Assembly (NCBI GenBank): GCA_964454575.1
Contig: CAYVTG010000001.1
Span: forward strand, 1 to 44,158
Length of the DNA: 44,158 bases
Direction: 5' to 3'
Source: an uncultured Thermoplasmata archaeon
GTDB lineage: Archaea; Thermoplasmatota; Thermoplasmata; Halarchaeoplasmatales; Halarchaeoplasmataceae
Under the pieces are notes generated by a model. It saw only the letters and a list, made by a program, of their open reading frames with translations, was not told the origin of the DNA and made no database searches. Positions 42,970 through 44,158 of this stretch are shown here, piece by piece; within the stretch, counting starts at the first letter, position 1, and the number at the start of each line of letters is the position of its first letter. The position numbers were made by a program, and so were the translations under genes.

Positions 42970-44157
42970 TCACCCGCTGTAATGTGCTTCGTTGAAGGGT
43001 TCTGGTTTGAGCCCTTTGCGTTCTCTGATCTCCTTGACCACTTCGGGCAGCATATTGGTTGGTACTCTTTCGAAGCCTGCGTGCTCTGTAGACCACAATG
43101 CTTTACCACCTGTAGCACTACGGATATCTCCGGAGAAACCGAACATCTCGGCAACAGGAGTTTTAGCTTCGAGCTTAGTGTTGTTTCCTTTCTGTTTCAT
43201 GTCGAGTATCTCACCGCGTCTCTGCTGTATCTGTACCGAGGCATTCCCCATGAGATCCGCTGGTACGTCGATGAACACCTTTTGTTTGGGTTCGAGAAGG
43301 GTCCTTCCGGCCTGACACATGGCACCGTAGATAGCGTTCTTAACTGCGGGTATAACTTGCGCAGGGCCACGATGGATAGCATCTTCGTGAAGCTTAGCGT
43401 TCACTAAGCGTACCTTCACACCTTTACAGTTCTCTCTTGACAGTGGCCCTTGGTCCATGGATTCATGGAAACCATCCACTATCAATTCCATAGTTTCGTA
43501 GAGGTACTGTATACCTTTGGTCATATTCAAGAGAACATTATCTCCGTAGAAATCTACAAAGTTTTTGGATTCGTCTTTATCCATGCCAAACTCTCTGAGC
43601 TGCTTGGACAATTCGTTTTTGTTCTCTATCTTACCAGACACGGATATGGTACCATCGTCTATGGCCTTCACTATATCCTTTTCCAAGGGTTCGATCTCTA
43701 TGTAGAATCTGTTGTGTCTATTGGGTGAAACTCCTTCGAAGGGTCCTCCCTTACCTTCTACACTCTCTCTGTAAACCACTATGGGTTGAGATGATATAAT
43801 CGAAACACCATGTTCATGTTCGATCCGGTGCTCGGTGACTTCAAGGTGAAGTTCTCCCATTCCGGAGAGCAGATGCTCACCTGTTTCTTCGTCTATCTTG
43901 ACCATTATACTCGGATCTGATTTACCTATGGATCGCAGTACGGAAACAAGCTTTGGTAGGTCGGCCGTTCTTTTAGCCTCCACAGCCTTCGTAACAACAG
44001 GTTCGGAATAATGCTTCATCGCCTCAAAGGGCGTGATATCGGGAAGTGAACTTACCGTGGAACCTGCTATAGCGTCTTTTAATCCAGTGATCGCTACTAT
44101 GTTGCCCGCTCTGATATCGTCTACCGGTACTCTGTCCGCGCCGACGCTAAGAGATAC
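42970..44157 (-). CDS. fusA: Translation elongation factor 2 (aEF-2), C-terminal two thirds; 5' end outside the window
   Basis: The frame stays open upstream of the ORF-track Met to the window edge (...[18 protein letters not shown]...). Also contains [42 protein letters not shown] and [18 protein letters not shown]. Confidence 0.93.
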   Translation of the reverse strand, partial: VSLSVGADRVPVDDIRAGNIVAITGLKDAIAGSTVSSLPDITPFEAMKHYSEPVVTKAVEAKRTADLPKLVSVLRSIGKSDPSIMVKIDEETGEHLLSGMGELHLEVTEHRIEHEHGVSIISSQPIVVYRESVEGKGGPFEGVSPNRHNRFYIEIEPLEKDIVKAIDDGTISVSGKIENKNELSKQLREFGMDKDESKNFVDFYGDNVLLNMTKGIQYLYETMELIVDGFHESMDQGPLSRENCKGVKVRLVNAKLHEDAIHRGPAQVIPAVKNAIYGAMCQAGRTLLEPKQKVFIDVPADLMGNASVQIQQRRGEILDMKQKGNNTKLEAKTPVAEMFGFSGDIRSATGGKALWSTEHAGFERVPTNMLPEVVKEIRERKGLKPEPFNEAHYSG

Positions 44158-44158
44158 T

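Noticed and set aside
1-44158. Scan of the whole window for tRNA, rRNA, CRISPR arrays, transposases, integrases, and prophage or defence-island hallmark genes
   Set aside because: I saw no T-loop or acceptor-type tRNA signatures, no rRNA-like conserved blocks, no periodic short repeats, and no recombinase, Cas or restriction-modification motifs in any frame. A by-eye scan can miss short or divergent RNAs.

Overview
Densely coding archaeal chromosomal window of 44,158 nt. Every call comes from reading the six-frame translations and the DNA by eye; I ran no database or HMM search. Archaeal origin is supported by a PAN proteasome ATPase, aEF-2, ribosomal protein L40e, an archaeal-type ProRS, a split GMP synthase subunit B and an archaeosortase. 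In addition, TATA-like boxes sit about 26 nt upstream of several start codons, which is leaderless-transcript geometry. The predicted proteins are strongly acidic, and I cannot fix the lineage. About two thirds of the window is housekeeping: hypE, an M24B peptidase, purE, guaA subunit B, an M29 aminopeptidase, an endonuclease III-like gene, DUF763, PAN, enolase, rpiA, L40e, topA, proS, DUF192 and EF-2. The rest is cell-surface or accessory. The most interesting part is nt 29152-40263. There an archaeosortase (Cys, Arg and His hallmark motifs all present) and a PflX-type radical SAM gene sit tightly packed with large secreted proteins. Two of these proteins share a shuffled cassette: an Fn3-like domain plus two copies of a roughly 113-aa module that I do not recognise and that carries a dockerin/EF-hand-like calcium loop. 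The protein encoded upstream of the sortase, across a 391-nt spacer, ends in a tripartite SEF-G / TM / RRKK signal. Similar EF-P / TM / RR tails occur on two distant proteins in the window, which suggests a PEF-CTERM-like cargo set. Three large surface proteins end in a single TM helix followed by a cytoplasmic zinc finger, and one of these fingers has C4HC3 (PHD/RING-like) spacing. The 391-nt AT-rich spacer upstream of the sortase holds a duplicated 68-bp promoter/leader module. Other points of interest are a three-gene operon of paralogous double-anchored small proteins, a coiled-coil KaiC-like protein with degenerate Walker motifs, two GC-rich hairpin-rich intergenic stretches (possible small RNAs) and a RelBE-like pair. 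I recognised no rRNA, tRNA, CRISPR array, transposase or integrase.
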